From IMG/VR virus record IMGVR_UViG_3300032007_000001: 64,000 bases of DNA, one strand, 5' to 3'. The notes under the pieces were generated by a model. That model was not told the origin of the DNA. It searched no databases and saw only the letters and a list, made by a program, of their open reading frames with translations. The translations under genes and the position numbers were made by a program. The DNA comes from a virus (Duplodnaviria > Caudoviricetes). Of the stretch, positions 21,239-29,700 are shown in pieces; position 1 is the stretch's first letter; the number at the start of each line of letters is the position of its first letter.

Positions 21239-21502
21239 GTGATTAGTTTGAACGTTTCGTTTAGTAAAAAAACGTATTTTATAATTGGATTTTTAGTAAC
21301 AATAATTGGAACAATGATATTCCAAAATTTATTATTAGGAATAGCCATAGGTTTTGTTATTGGTGCTATAAAAGTAATTAAAGATAAGATGTTATATAAT
21401 TTCTTTGATATAAAAATTATGTTGACAACTTTGTTAGGCAGTTTATTTGCTATAGTAATTATGTATTTATGTATTGTATCAACGTTAATTAACTTTGGAT
21501 AA
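21239..21502 (+). CDS. Small membrane protein
   Basis: 2-3 hydrophobic segments. Confidence 0.55.
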   Translation: MISLNVSFSKKTYFIIGFLVTIIGTMIFQNLLLGIAIGFVIGAIKVIKDKMLYNFFDIKIMLTTLLGSLFAIVIMYLCIVSTLINFG

Positions 21503-21534
21503 GAGAAAATATTAAAGAGCTAAGATAAAAAGTC

Positions 21535-22026
21535 TTAGCTCTTTATTTCATATAAAACGATTTTATTGTTTTTTAATGATTCTTGTACATTTATTATTCT
21601 TTGATTTTTTGACCCTTTAAATTGAAGTGATATATCTCTTTGTTCTACAATAAATTTTCCATCTACTAATACATCAATATATTTTAGCATTTCATATTTG
21701 TCTTTATCTTTTAAGAGTTCTTCAAAATCATATCCAGTATAAGCCCATATATTATATTTCTCGTGTACTTTTTTTACTAATGAAAGTAATTCTATAGATT
21801 GTTCAAATGGGTCTCCTCCTGAAAGTGTCAGACCATCTAAAAGAGGATTTTGTTCCATTAATGTATAAATGCTTTCTGGTGAATATAAATGATTATATTC
21901 AAAACTCCAGGTTTCTAGATTTTGGCATTCTTTACAATGATGCTTGCATCCTTGACAAAATATTACTAATCTGATACCTTCACCATCGACTATTGATTCT
22001 TCTACTATATCATATACATTAATCAT
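21535..22026 (-). CDS. nrdG: Anaerobic ribonucleotide reductase activating radical-SAM enzyme
   Basis: ESIVDGEGIR...QGCKHHCKECQN..TW, GLTLSGGDP, DVLVDG.F, GS.NQR. Confidence 0.92.
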   Translation of the reverse strand: MINVYDIVEESIVDGEGIRLVIFCQGCKHHCKECQNLETWSFEYNHLYSPESIYTLMEQNPLLDGLTLSGGDPFEQSIELLSLVKKVHEKYNIWAYTGYDFEELLKDKDKYEMLKYIDVLVDGKFIVEQRDISLQFKGSKNQRIINVQESLKNNKIVLYEIKS

Positions 22027-22535
22027 TTAATTGTCACCTGACAACTTTTCATCACTTTTAATGCTGCATTATGATTTGGTTTTGTTGTTCCAGCACAACA
22101 TTTTTTGTCAATAATAATTTCTTTTTCTGGATAAAACATCTTAAGCATCAATGCATTTGCTATTACGCAAATATCAGTACATACTCCAATTAATTCGATG
22201 CTATCATAATCTTTTGTAAGAGTAACAAGAGAAAATCCACCAAAAGTATCTTTCTCTGCTATATATTTTGCTTTTCCTAAGAATTCTGCCAATTGCGGAA
22301 TGATATGCCAACCTTTTGTGTCTTTAATACAATGCTCAATTGGAAGATTTTTTCCTTCTTGTGTTTTAAGATAATCTTTATCGTGTGTGTCCATTGTAAA
22401 AATTAAATCTTTTTTATTTTTCTTTAATTTTATTATAATCTTTGGTACAATTAATTCAGCGTCTTTATTTGCTAATGAACCAGTAACAAAATCATTTTGC
22501 ATATCAACAATAATAAGTACTTCTTTTTTCCCCAT
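22023..22535 (-). CDS. pncA: Nicotinamidase/isochorismatase-family cysteine hydrolase
   Basis: VDMQNDF..GSL, DTH, HC...T.GW, K.TFG, GVCTDICV. Confidence 0.85.
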   Translation of the reverse strand: MGKKEVLIIVDMQNDFVTGSLANKDAELIVPKIIIKLKKNKKDLIFTMDTHDKDYLKTQEGKNLPIEHCIKDTKGWHIIPQLAEFLGKAKYIAEKDTFGGFSLVTLTKDYDSIELIGVCTDICVIANALMLKMFYPEKEIIIDKKCCAGTTKPNHNAALKVMKSCQVTIK

Positions 22536-22536
22536 T

Positions 22537-22869
22537 TTATTCTCCCCATTCCAAAATAAATTTTTCTACAAACAAATCAAATAATATTTCATATTTTTTC
22601 ATATCAAAATTAAAATCTTTTCCAGTAAGACATCTATTTGACTTTATTTCAAAAATAAAGTCTCTTTTTTTATAAATGCATATATCAAATATATATATTT
22701 TTTCTTTTTCTAAAAAAATAAATGGTTTTATTTCTCTATTAAAAGAGAAACCGAAACTATCCTTAAATGCTTCTGCTAACCAAGTAGCTTCTGATTCTTT
22801 ATCAAATTTATTAAATAATACCATCATTTCTATTGAATCATTATGTGATTCACACATTTTTATTTTCAT
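22537..22869 (-). CDS. Hypothetical protein
   Basis: ORF in operon. Confidence 0.6.
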   Translation of the reverse strand: MKIKMCESHNDSIEMMVLFNKFDKESEATWLAEAFKDSFGFSFNREIKPFIFLEKEKIYIFDICIYKKRDFIFEIKSNRCLTGKDFNFDMKKYEILFDLFVEKFILEWGE

Positions 22870-22871
22870 GG

Positions 22872-23339
22872 TTAATGATTGTTTTGATAAATGATAATTG
22901 TGCCATTTTCATATTCGTTTTTTATAAAAACAGAATCTCTATCCATTTCGGCTTCTAAAATTCCGCCATCATCTCCAAATTCACCTTGGAAAAAATGTTT
23001 GCCTTTAAGTTTTTCAAATAATTCTTTGCTTTTTTTCTCTGCATATTTTAATGATTCTTCTTCTTTTTCTTCGTAACTTAATGGAACATCATAATCCCAA
23101 ACTGGAGAACTATATTTACGATGTTCAATAATTTCTTTTTTAGCCGTTTCTTCATCTATTTCGCTTAAATAATTTTTTAATAAATTTTTTAAGCATTCAA
23201 ATTCATTGTCTACTTGCGTATATCGTGGATAAACATCGTCCTTTAATTCATTTTCAATAAAATCGTCAAAATTATTATTTGTAGCAATAATATAAGAACT
23301 AGAACTTGAATTTGTAACAAAATCTTTTCTAATTTTCAT
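22872..23339 (-). CDS. MKIR.DFVTNSSSSS-family hypothetical protein
   Basis: Characteristic N-terminal motif recurrent in Firmicute phages and hosts. Confidence 0.7.
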   Translation of the reverse strand: MKIRKDFVTNSSSSSYIIATNNNFDDFIENELKDDVYPRYTQVDNEFECLKNLLKNYLSEIDEETAKKEIIEHRKYSSPVWDYDVPLSYEEKEEESLKYAEKKSKELFEKLKGKHFFQGEFGDDGGILEAEMDRDSVFIKNEYENGTIIIYQNNH

Positions 23340-23353
23340 TGTTTACACTCCAA

Positions 23354-23668
23354 TCAATTTACAATTACTGGCCTTGGCATTTTCGCTGGAATTTCAACGT
23401 TTTGCGTAAAAGTATTTTTCGTTACTTTACCTTTGAATTCTTTATTTGGCGCTGGAGAAATTGAAGTAATTCCAGACTTGAATGCCAAACTAACTCCATT
23501 TTTCCCAAGCAATTGAATTGTAAACTGGTCAAATGATACTATCTTTCCAATTAAGTATCTTCCATCTGTAAAATTAATTTGTACTTTTTCATTTTTTGTT
23601 CTTAAATCATTTAAAAATTTGTCTTGCGAACGATGACCTTGATTAGCGACTTCTACTTGTACTGCCAT
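23354..23668 (-). CDS. hfq: Hfq-like Sm RNA chaperone
   Basis: QD.FLN.LR.....V.....G..L.G.I.SFDQF Sm1 motif; Sm2 degenerate (FKSGITS for YKHAIST). Confidence 0.8.
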   Translation of the reverse strand: MAVQVEVANQGHRSQDKFLNDLRTKNEKVQINFTDGRYLIGKIVSFDQFTIQLLGKNGVSLAFKSGITSISPAPNKEFKGKVTKNTFTQNVEIPAKMPRPVIVN

Positions 23669-23683
23669 AACTTTCTTCCTTTC

Positions 23684-23857
23684 TTACAAACCATACTTTA
23701 AGTAAAAGCGTTTTCTTATAGATTTATTGAAAAATTTTTTAATGAAGCTATAAGATTCTTTTTTACATGATAAAAATTGATTTTCAAATTTTTCTTTTCC
23801 ATGAGATTCTATTAAATGTAAAACAGCAATGTGAGTACTATTAAATCCATCTTCCAT
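23684..23857 (-). CDS. Small hypothetical protein (57 aa, not in ORF track)
   Basis: ATG 23857 to TAA 23684; MEDGFNSTH...YLKYGL; fills the gap in the operon. Confidence 0.5.
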   Translation of the reverse strand: MEDGFNSTHIAVLHLIESHGKEKFENQFLSCKKESYSFIKKFFNKSIRKRFYLKYGL

Positions 23858-23859
23858 AA

Positions 23860-24129
23860 TTAATATCCTAAATTAATAACGAATGTTTCAACTTTTGTTT
23901 GTTTCTTAAAAAAGAAATTAGATAATTTTTCCAATAAACTTTTCTTTTTATTTATTTCGGTTATTACTTCATCAAACATTATTTCTATAATAGACCGTTT
24001 ATCCATCAATATATCCCATGAATTCCTATCAAAATCAAAATTAATATCAAACATATTCCTCACCCTACATTTACCAATTGTGAATATTTCATAATCCATA
24101 TCTCTTGGAATTCTCATAGTTTTTCCCAT
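23860..24129 (-). CDS. Hypothetical protein
   Basis: ORF in operon. Confidence 0.55.
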   Translation of the reverse strand: MGKTMRIPRDMDYEIFTIGKCRVRNMFDINFDFDRNSWDILMDKRSIIEIMFDEVITEINKKKSLLEKLSNFFFKKQTKVETFVINLGY

Positions 24130-25010
24130 ATCTCCATATAATTACTTTTATATTTATCTTTTATTATTGAATCAAAACTATTTGTTTTTATAAATCCTTT
24201 TTCTGTAAAAGAACCAATGTGTTTTATTCTATTTGTTTCAATACTTTTCATAATCAGAAGTTCGTCCAATCCATAATTTCTTTGAGATTTTTCAACTTCT
24301 TTTTCAAAATCTTTACTATAATATTGGTTTTTCATATAAAAATGTTTCCAATACATTGAAGAATATTTCTTCAAATCTTCAGAATTTATCCATCGATTAT
24401 ATTCTTCTTCATTTTCTGCTACACACATACAAAATCCGCTAAGACCTTCACTTCCAATTCCCCAATTCAAATCTTTAATATCAATAGCATATAATTCGTT
24501 ATCTTTTCTATCGCATTCATCTTTATGTAAATTAATTTCATGAAAAGAAAAAAATGGATATGTATATACACATGCAGTACGAAAAAATTCTTTTGGTATT
24601 TTTCTTGCTTTATGACTATCCAAATATAAACTAGCAAACATAACATCAAAATTGACATCACCATTTGCTATTAACCCATTTTTCATGATATTTTTATGAT
24701 TATCTTTATGAGATATATGATAAACAATATTTTCATCCAGGTTCTTTAAGAAATTTTCATGATTATAGAATATGCTATCATATCGTTTGTTTTGTTTAAT
24801 TACATTTTCATCAATAAATTCTTTTAACGTATCATAAGGTCTATTCGTTGTAAAATGAATAAGCTTTTCGTTTATTACATCATCTTCTATGCAAATATGT
24901 TTTCTATCATTTTTTTTATAGAAGTACGTTACGTTATAATCGTATATTTTTATTTTTTTTGACATAACATCATTTTTGAATCGCCAAAGCACTTCTTCAA
25001 ACGTTAACAT
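24114..25010 (-). CDS. Hypothetical protein with ART-like VYHIS.....I..NGL segment
   Basis: Motif resembles the ART/Tpt1 first strand; has its own promoter and RBS. Confidence 0.5.
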   Translation of the reverse strand: MLTFEEVLWRFKNDVMSKKIKIYDYNVTYFYKKNDRKHICIEDDVINEKLIHFTTNRPYDTLKEFIDENVIKQNKRYDSIFYNHENFLKNLDENIVYHISHKDNHKNIMKNGLIANGDVNFDVMFASLYLDSHKARKIPKEFFRTACVYTYPFFSFHEINLHKDECDRKDNELYAIDIKDLNWGIGSEGLSGFCMCVAENEEEYNRWINSEDLKKYSSMYWKHFYMKNQYYSKDFEKEVEKSQRNYGLDELLIMKSIETNRIKHIGSFTEKGFIKTNSFDSIIKDKYKSNYMEIWEKL

Positions 25011-25015
25011 TTTTG

Positions 25016-25036
25016 CACCTCAATGTAATTATACCA
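25016..25036 (-). promoter_or_regulatory. Extended -10 promoter plus RBS, identical 21-mer to 57906..57926
   Basis: TGGTATAATTACATTGAGGTG on the minus strand at both sites. Confidence 0.65.
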
Positions 25037-25075
25037 TATTTGAAATAAAAAGAGAACAAAAATTTGTCCTCTTTG

Positions 25076-25807
25076 TTAATCACAAATACAATAACGATTT
25101 ATATAATCTTCTATCATATTCAAAACATTAAATCTATCAATATTTTTATAAGACGTTTTCAATCCCAATCCTTCACAATGCGTAATAAAATCTTTTGTCG
25201 TTGTCAATCTTTCTTTGAAAAATTCTTCTTTTTTGATTTTTATACGTTCCAATAAATTGCTTTCATTAATTATTTGTTGTTGCAATTCGTTAATAGTATT
25301 CATAATGTTTGGTTTTATTTGTTTTATGTTTTTCAATGGAGAAAAATTACATTTTGTGATTCCATACATTAGTAATTCAAAAAATATAAAAATTGTTGGT
25401 TTTGTAAGATTTTTACTCAATTCATTCATATATTTTTTCTTTTGTTCTATGCGTTCATATTTTATTGCGATTAGATTTGAATAATTTTCGTCAAATTTAT
25501 CTTTGTTAATATTATGATTAAATACAATCAATTTTTTGTATAACGGATTGATAACTCCAATCTCTGAATTTTTATATAAAATTTTATAATTAAAGTCATC
25601 CATTTTTACATATTTCATATTTTTGAATAACGAAAGAACATACTTGTTGATATATTCATCACAACATTGTCTTACATAAAAATATACTTTATTTTCAAGT
25701 TCAACTAAACATTCGTTGAATTCGTTCAATTTATTTATCTTTTCTAATGATAATACATCTATTTGCAATGATTCAAAAAAACTATTCGATATTTCCATCA
25801 TAAACAC
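25076..25807 (-). CDS. Hypothetical protein (coiled-coil, central hydrophobic stretch)
   Basis: ORF. Confidence 0.6.
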   Translation of the reverse strand: MFMMEISNSFFESLQIDVLSLEKINKLNEFNECLVELENKVYFYVRQCCDEYINKYVLSLFKNMKYVKMDDFNYKILYKNSEIGVINPLYKKLIVFNHNINKDKFDENYSNLIAIKYERIEQKKKYMNELSKNLTKPTIFIFFELLMYGITKCNFSPLKNIKQIKPNIMNTINELQQQIINESNLLERIKIKKEEFFKERLTTTKDFITHCEGLGLKTSYKNIDRFNVLNMIEDYINRYCICD

Positions 25808-26180
25808 CTTTGTTCAAAACATTTAATTGCACTTCAAATAAGCTATCTTCCATAGAAGGAATATATATATTCTTACATGTATCGCATACTTTCGCTTGGT
25901 TCAGTCTTTCTCTATTTTTAATTTGATAAGAAATTTCTCCACAATATGGACATTTCAAGATATATAAATAATTGATTATTTTTTGCATTTTTAATTTATG
26001 AATAATTCTATCTAACATGTCAGCATCTAATGATTGGCAATTTGATATTGATATTTCTCTTTTTAATAATCCACTTAATCTAACTAATTCAACACCATCT
26101 AAATTAAATATATCTATAATATCTTTCATCATAGAATCTAAATCCATTGTCTGAAAATCTTGCATAGTTTTTAACTCCAA
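25782..26180 (-). CDS. Zn-ribbon-containing hypothetical protein
   Basis: CPYC...CDTC. Confidence 0.6.
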   Translation of the reverse strand: MELKTMQDFQTMDLDSMMKDIIDIFNLDGVELVRLSGLLKREISISNCQSLDADMLDRIIHKLKMQKIINYLYILKCPYCGEISYQIKNRERLNQAKVCDTCKNIYIPSMEDSLFEVQLNVLNKGVYDGNIE

Positions 26181-26289
26181 TCGATTTTCTAATATAAATT
26201 ATTCTAATAAAAAAATAGAACGAGTGACATTATTTTTGCTTTTCGTTTTTTTATTTTGAAAATAGAAAAATTTAATTGGAAGTGAAAAA

Positions 26290-26541
26290 ATGAAAAGATT
26301 AAAAAGAGCTAATGACTCAGAATTTATAAAAAAACAATTATATGATTTTGAACAATTTTATTTTATCGCAATTACAAATTTAAATAGTGCGATAGAAGCA
26401 ATATCATATGCGTGTGATAAAGCTTATGGAAGCAAAAGTCATAACGACCCTCATTGGAAACATATAGATAATTTGAAAAAAGCAAGAGAATTATTACGAG
26501 AATCGTATCGCGAATTAAATAAAATTAGTGGTGATTATTGA
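26290..26541 (+). CDS. Hypothetical protein, MKRLKRA N-terminus (candidate head-internal protein)
   Basis: ORF; N-terminal motif shared with several other ORFs. Confidence 0.6.
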   Translation: MKRLKRANDSEFIKKQLYDFEQFYFIAITNLNSAIEAISYACDKAYGSKSHNDPHWKHIDNLKKARELLRESYRELNKISGDY

Positions 26542-27196
26542 TATTATGAAATATGAAGAATTAAATCCTAAAATACAACAAAAGGTTAAAGAAAAAATTA
26601 TAGATTGGTATTTTGATGATGAATTGTGGTATAAAGATGCTCTTATAAATTTTGTGCAAGATATGAATAATAAATATGATTTTGATTTAGAAGAAAAAAA
26701 TGTAGAATTTAATATTTCTTATAGTCAGAGCGATTATGCAATGATTCAAATAGATTCAAGCTTGAAACAAAGCATAATGATTCCATATATGAAAGAAATA
26801 GCAAATAATGTTAAAGATATGGAAAATAAAAAACTTATAGAAAAAGAACTTACTAATATAGATTGTATTAAGTGGTTAAGAATTAGTTCGAAAATTTATA
26901 ATAAACCTCGTCAAGAAGAATTTGATTATTATGATTTTGATGAAGTAAGTAATATTTTAAGTATTTTATTTGATAATGGCGATATTTCTGAACAAAGTCA
27001 CGATGAAGCTATGGATATGATTGATGAAGTTGGAGATAAAATGTCTCATGAATTGTATAAAAAAATGAGTGAAGATGTTGAAAAATTTTATCGTTCATTA
27101 CAAAATGAAATTGAATATTTTTGGGAAGAAGAACATGTTATTGAATATATAAATGATTGTGGATATGAATTTGATGAAAACGGAAATATTCTTTAA
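26528..27196 (+). CDS. Acidic hypothetical phage protein
   Basis: YEEL....Q..V, YSQ.D, YEFDENG motifs of a recurrent phage family. Confidence 0.6.
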   Translation: MVIIDIMKYEELNPKIQQKVKEKIIDWYFDDELWYKDALINFVQDMNNKYDFDLEEKNVEFNISYSQSDYAMIQIDSSLKQSIMIPYMKEIANNVKDMENKKLIEKELTNIDCIKWLRISSKIYNKPRQEEFDYYDFDEVSNILSILFDNGDISEQSHDEAMDMIDEVGDKMSHELYKKMSEDVEKFYRSLQNEIEYFWEEEHVIEYINDCGYEFDENGNIL

Positions 27197-27199
27197 GAG

Positions 27200-27604
27200 A
27201 TGGTGAAATATATGAATTGTATAAAAAAACGTTTAGAAGCTAATCTTACAAAAGAACAAACAACAGATTTTTATGAATTATGGTTTTCAAAAATAGCAGA
27301 ACAAATAAAATATACAAATAAAGCATTTAACGAAATGGTAAATGCTTATAAAAGCAACAAAGATGTTGGAGATTTAAGTAAAGGATTATCTTCTGATGAT
27401 GTTAAAAAATGCATAGAAAATGGAATGTTTACTCAGTATCTTGGTCCAAAAAATCATGGGACACATACAAATTTAAGCGCCATTGGAGATGCGATAGCAG
27501 CAAATAAAAAATTTAGTAATGAACTTTCAAATCTTTATCAAATTTATTCATCTTTTGCAAAAAATTATGAACAACTTCCAGATGACCCATATGTAGAAAA
27601 ATGA
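27200..27604 (+). CDS. Hypothetical protein (KKRLEA N-terminal motif)
   Basis: ORF; start may be 27212. Confidence 0.6.
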   Translation: MVKYMNCIKKRLEANLTKEQTTDFYELWFSKIAEQIKYTNKAFNEMVNAYKSNKDVGDLSKGLSSDDVKKCIENGMFTQYLGPKNHGTHTNLSAIGDAIAANKKFSNELSNLYQIYSSFAKNYEQLPDDPYVEK

Positions 27605-27776
27605 AAATATATAAAAAATCATTTATTTAATTATAAAAAAGACTAATTAATCAATTGGTCTTTTTATTTTTTTCTAAAATAAACAAAAATTTAAGTTTTT
27701 AGAAATAATTTACTATTTTTGTTATTATTTAATAACTGAAACAGGAAAATCGTTTTCTTGTATAACTTAGAAAACA

Positions 27777-27904
27777 ATCTACTTTTCGGCTGAGCTCGAG
27801 ACGGTGTGTAGATAATATTCGTTTACTGCAATTATACTTCTCATCGGACTGTTTTTCTGGTGACGCACCTCCGACTTAGCATTTGCCGTGCTCTTATTAG
27901 AGCA
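27777..27904 (+). ncRNA. Candidate structured RNA in the capsid-operon leader
   Basis: GC-richer intergenic island with several complementary stems (see findings). Confidence 0.45.
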
Positions 27905-27941
27905 AAAAATTTTTTATTATTCTACGGAGGTGTATCACCCA

Positions 27942-28463
27942 ATGAGCGATTATTATAACGCGCAAGCAGGTGGACATTTTGTCTTCGGCCCAACGTATAA
28001 TTCGACTAACTACGTTCGTGCCGCTATTGAAGGAAGCCTCAATGGTTTCCACGAAGTCGACGTAGAAGCTGCACAGGCCGTTAATGGCGAACTCGCTGGT
28101 AAGATTGCTGCCATCACTGCTGATGGTAAAGTTGGTCTTGCTGGTGCCGACGGTGCCGGTGCTGTTGGCCTCTTCCGTGAAGACTTAAAGGATATGGTCA
28201 ACGCTTCTAACAATGCTACTTTCTATTTCCGCGGTGGCGAATACCACATCGCAGAATCCCGCCTTGGTGAAACAATTGATAAGTTCACACTTGGCAGCTA
28301 TGTTACTACGGACGCTAATGGTGCGCTTGTTCACACAGCAGACGCAACAAAGGCTGTTGGTATTGTTATTGAAAACGAAGTTTATCCTGCCGGTAACATG
28401 TATCGCTTCGCTGGCGAACAGATGAATGGCGGTAAGATGCTCGGAATTCTGCTCAAGCTGTAA
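27942..28463 (+). CDS. Capsid decoration/cement-like protein
   Basis: Gly/Ala-rich, directly upstream of the MCP, strong RBS GGAGGTG, G.L......K.VG.V motif. Confidence 0.65.
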   Translation: MSDYYNAQAGGHFVFGPTYNSTNYVRAAIEGSLNGFHEVDVEAAQAVNGELAGKIAAITADGKVGLAGADGAGAVGLFREDLKDMVNASNNATFYFRGGEYHIAESRLGETIDKFTLGSYVTTDANGALVHTADATKAVGIVIENEVYPAGNMYRFAGEQMNGGKMLGILLKL

Positions 28464-28480
28464 TTTGGAGGGAAAATATT

Positions 28481-29323
28481 ATGATGACTCAAGAAGAAAA
28501 AGAATATTTGATCTCCAATGCACTGGAGACAGATGAGGGACGTAAGTCTCTTGCCTCAGCTATGGCTAACCCAATCCGTACTTCTCTGGATTATCAGGGT
28601 GTTGCTCGTAAGCTGTTAGTTGTTGACCCACTGCCTCAGGGCGCTCTCCCCGTTTATGACCGCGATGTTGATGCCAAGGCTTTCGTCGTTGGCAAGCGCG
28701 GTGCTGCTCCACAGCAGATTATCGAAGGCGAGAGAATTCAGGTTCCAACTTTCGAAATCGTCGCTAACCCACAGGTTCGTATGAGCCAGGTTAAGGAACG
28801 TCGTTTCAATATCATTGACCGTGCTCAGCAACGTGCTAAGAGCGATATCATGGCAGTCGAAGACTCCAACGCTTTTGCTCTTATCGATGCAGCTGCTTCC
28901 TCAGTCAATGGCGTAACTCTTTCCGGTACTTCTCTTACTCGTGATGCTCTCACAGCTGCATTCGCAGAAGTTGAAAAGCATGACCTTGCTGTTACGAAGA
29001 TCGTCATGAACGCTCAGGCATTCGCAGATATTCGTAAATGGGGCCGCAACGAGTTTGACCCAGTAACCCAGCACGAAATCTTGAACACTGGCGTATTCGG
29101 TCGTCTTTGGACAGCTGATGTTATCATCTCTAAGATGGTTCCTCTCAACACTGTCTATGTACTTGCCGACCCAGAATTCGTTGGCGTTATGCCAATCCGC
29201 ACGGACATCAACGTAATTCCAAGTGATGAGCCCAAGAATTTGCGTCTCGGATGGGTCATCTTCGAAGAAATTGGTCTCTGCGTTGTCAATGCTCTTGGCG
29301 TTGCTAAGATTACTATTCAGTAA
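28481..29323 (+). CDS. Major capsid protein (HK97-type fold)
   Basis: GR..LA..MANPIR..LDYQG.ARK.L.VD.LPQGA.P.YD.D N-terminus typical of large-phage MCPs; ED...F, IVMN, G.L.TA.V, GW...E.IG; strong codon bias; followed by a terminator. Confidence 0.85.
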   Translation: MMTQEEKEYLISNALETDEGRKSLASAMANPIRTSLDYQGVARKLLVVDPLPQGALPVYDRDVDAKAFVVGKRGAAPQQIIEGERIQVPTFEIVANPQVRMSQVKERRFNIIDRAQQRAKSDIMAVEDSNAFALIDAAASSVNGVTLSGTSLTRDALTAAFAEVEKHDLAVTKIVMNAQAFADIRKWGRNEFDPVTQHEILNTGVFGRLWTADVIISKMVPLNTVYVLADPEFVGVMPIRTDINVIPSDEPKNLRLGWVIFEEIGLCVVNALGVAKITIQ

Positions 29324-29382
29324 TATAAATATTGATATAAAACATAAAAGAAGTGCTATTTTAGCACTTCTTTTTATTTTTA

Positions 29383-29700
29383 TTAATTTTGTAATTTTCG
29401 ATACTCTTCGTCATACCATTTTTCAAGTGCAGCCATATCTATTTTATCTTTTGCTATTGCTTCGGTATCTTCATGAAGCATATCATCGGTGTACTGCTCA
29501 ATGAGCAAAGCTTTCTGCCATGTGTATTTGGCATCTAGTTCTGCAATCTTGTCCTCTTTCGACGGAGCAGGATTTTCAACCACCTCGTAGTACTCGCCTT
29601 TGTCCTCAATATGCGCGTTATTTGCATTACACCATTGAGCCGTCTCCGTGTACTGCTCCATATCATCTTTGTTATTCTTGTATAACTTATCACCTATCAT
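29383..29700 (-). CDS. Tail-fibre assembly/chaperone-like protein
   Basis: A.WCN.N.A.IEDKGEYYEVV motif; ATGA overlap with the fibre gene stop. Confidence 0.6.
   Translation of the reverse strand: MIGDKLYKNNKDDMEQYTETAQWCNANNAHIEDKGEYYEVVENPAPSKEDKIAELDAKYTWQKALLIEQYTDDMLHEDTEAIAKDKIDMAALEKWYDEEYRKLQN

Noticed and set aside
27777-27904. tRNA gene
   Set aside because: No cloverleaf or TTC-containing T-arm; no tRNA or rRNA was recognised in the window.
27942-29323. Horizontally acquired island (higher GC)
   Set aside because: Explained by Gly/Ala-rich composition and high-expression codon bias of capsid genes.
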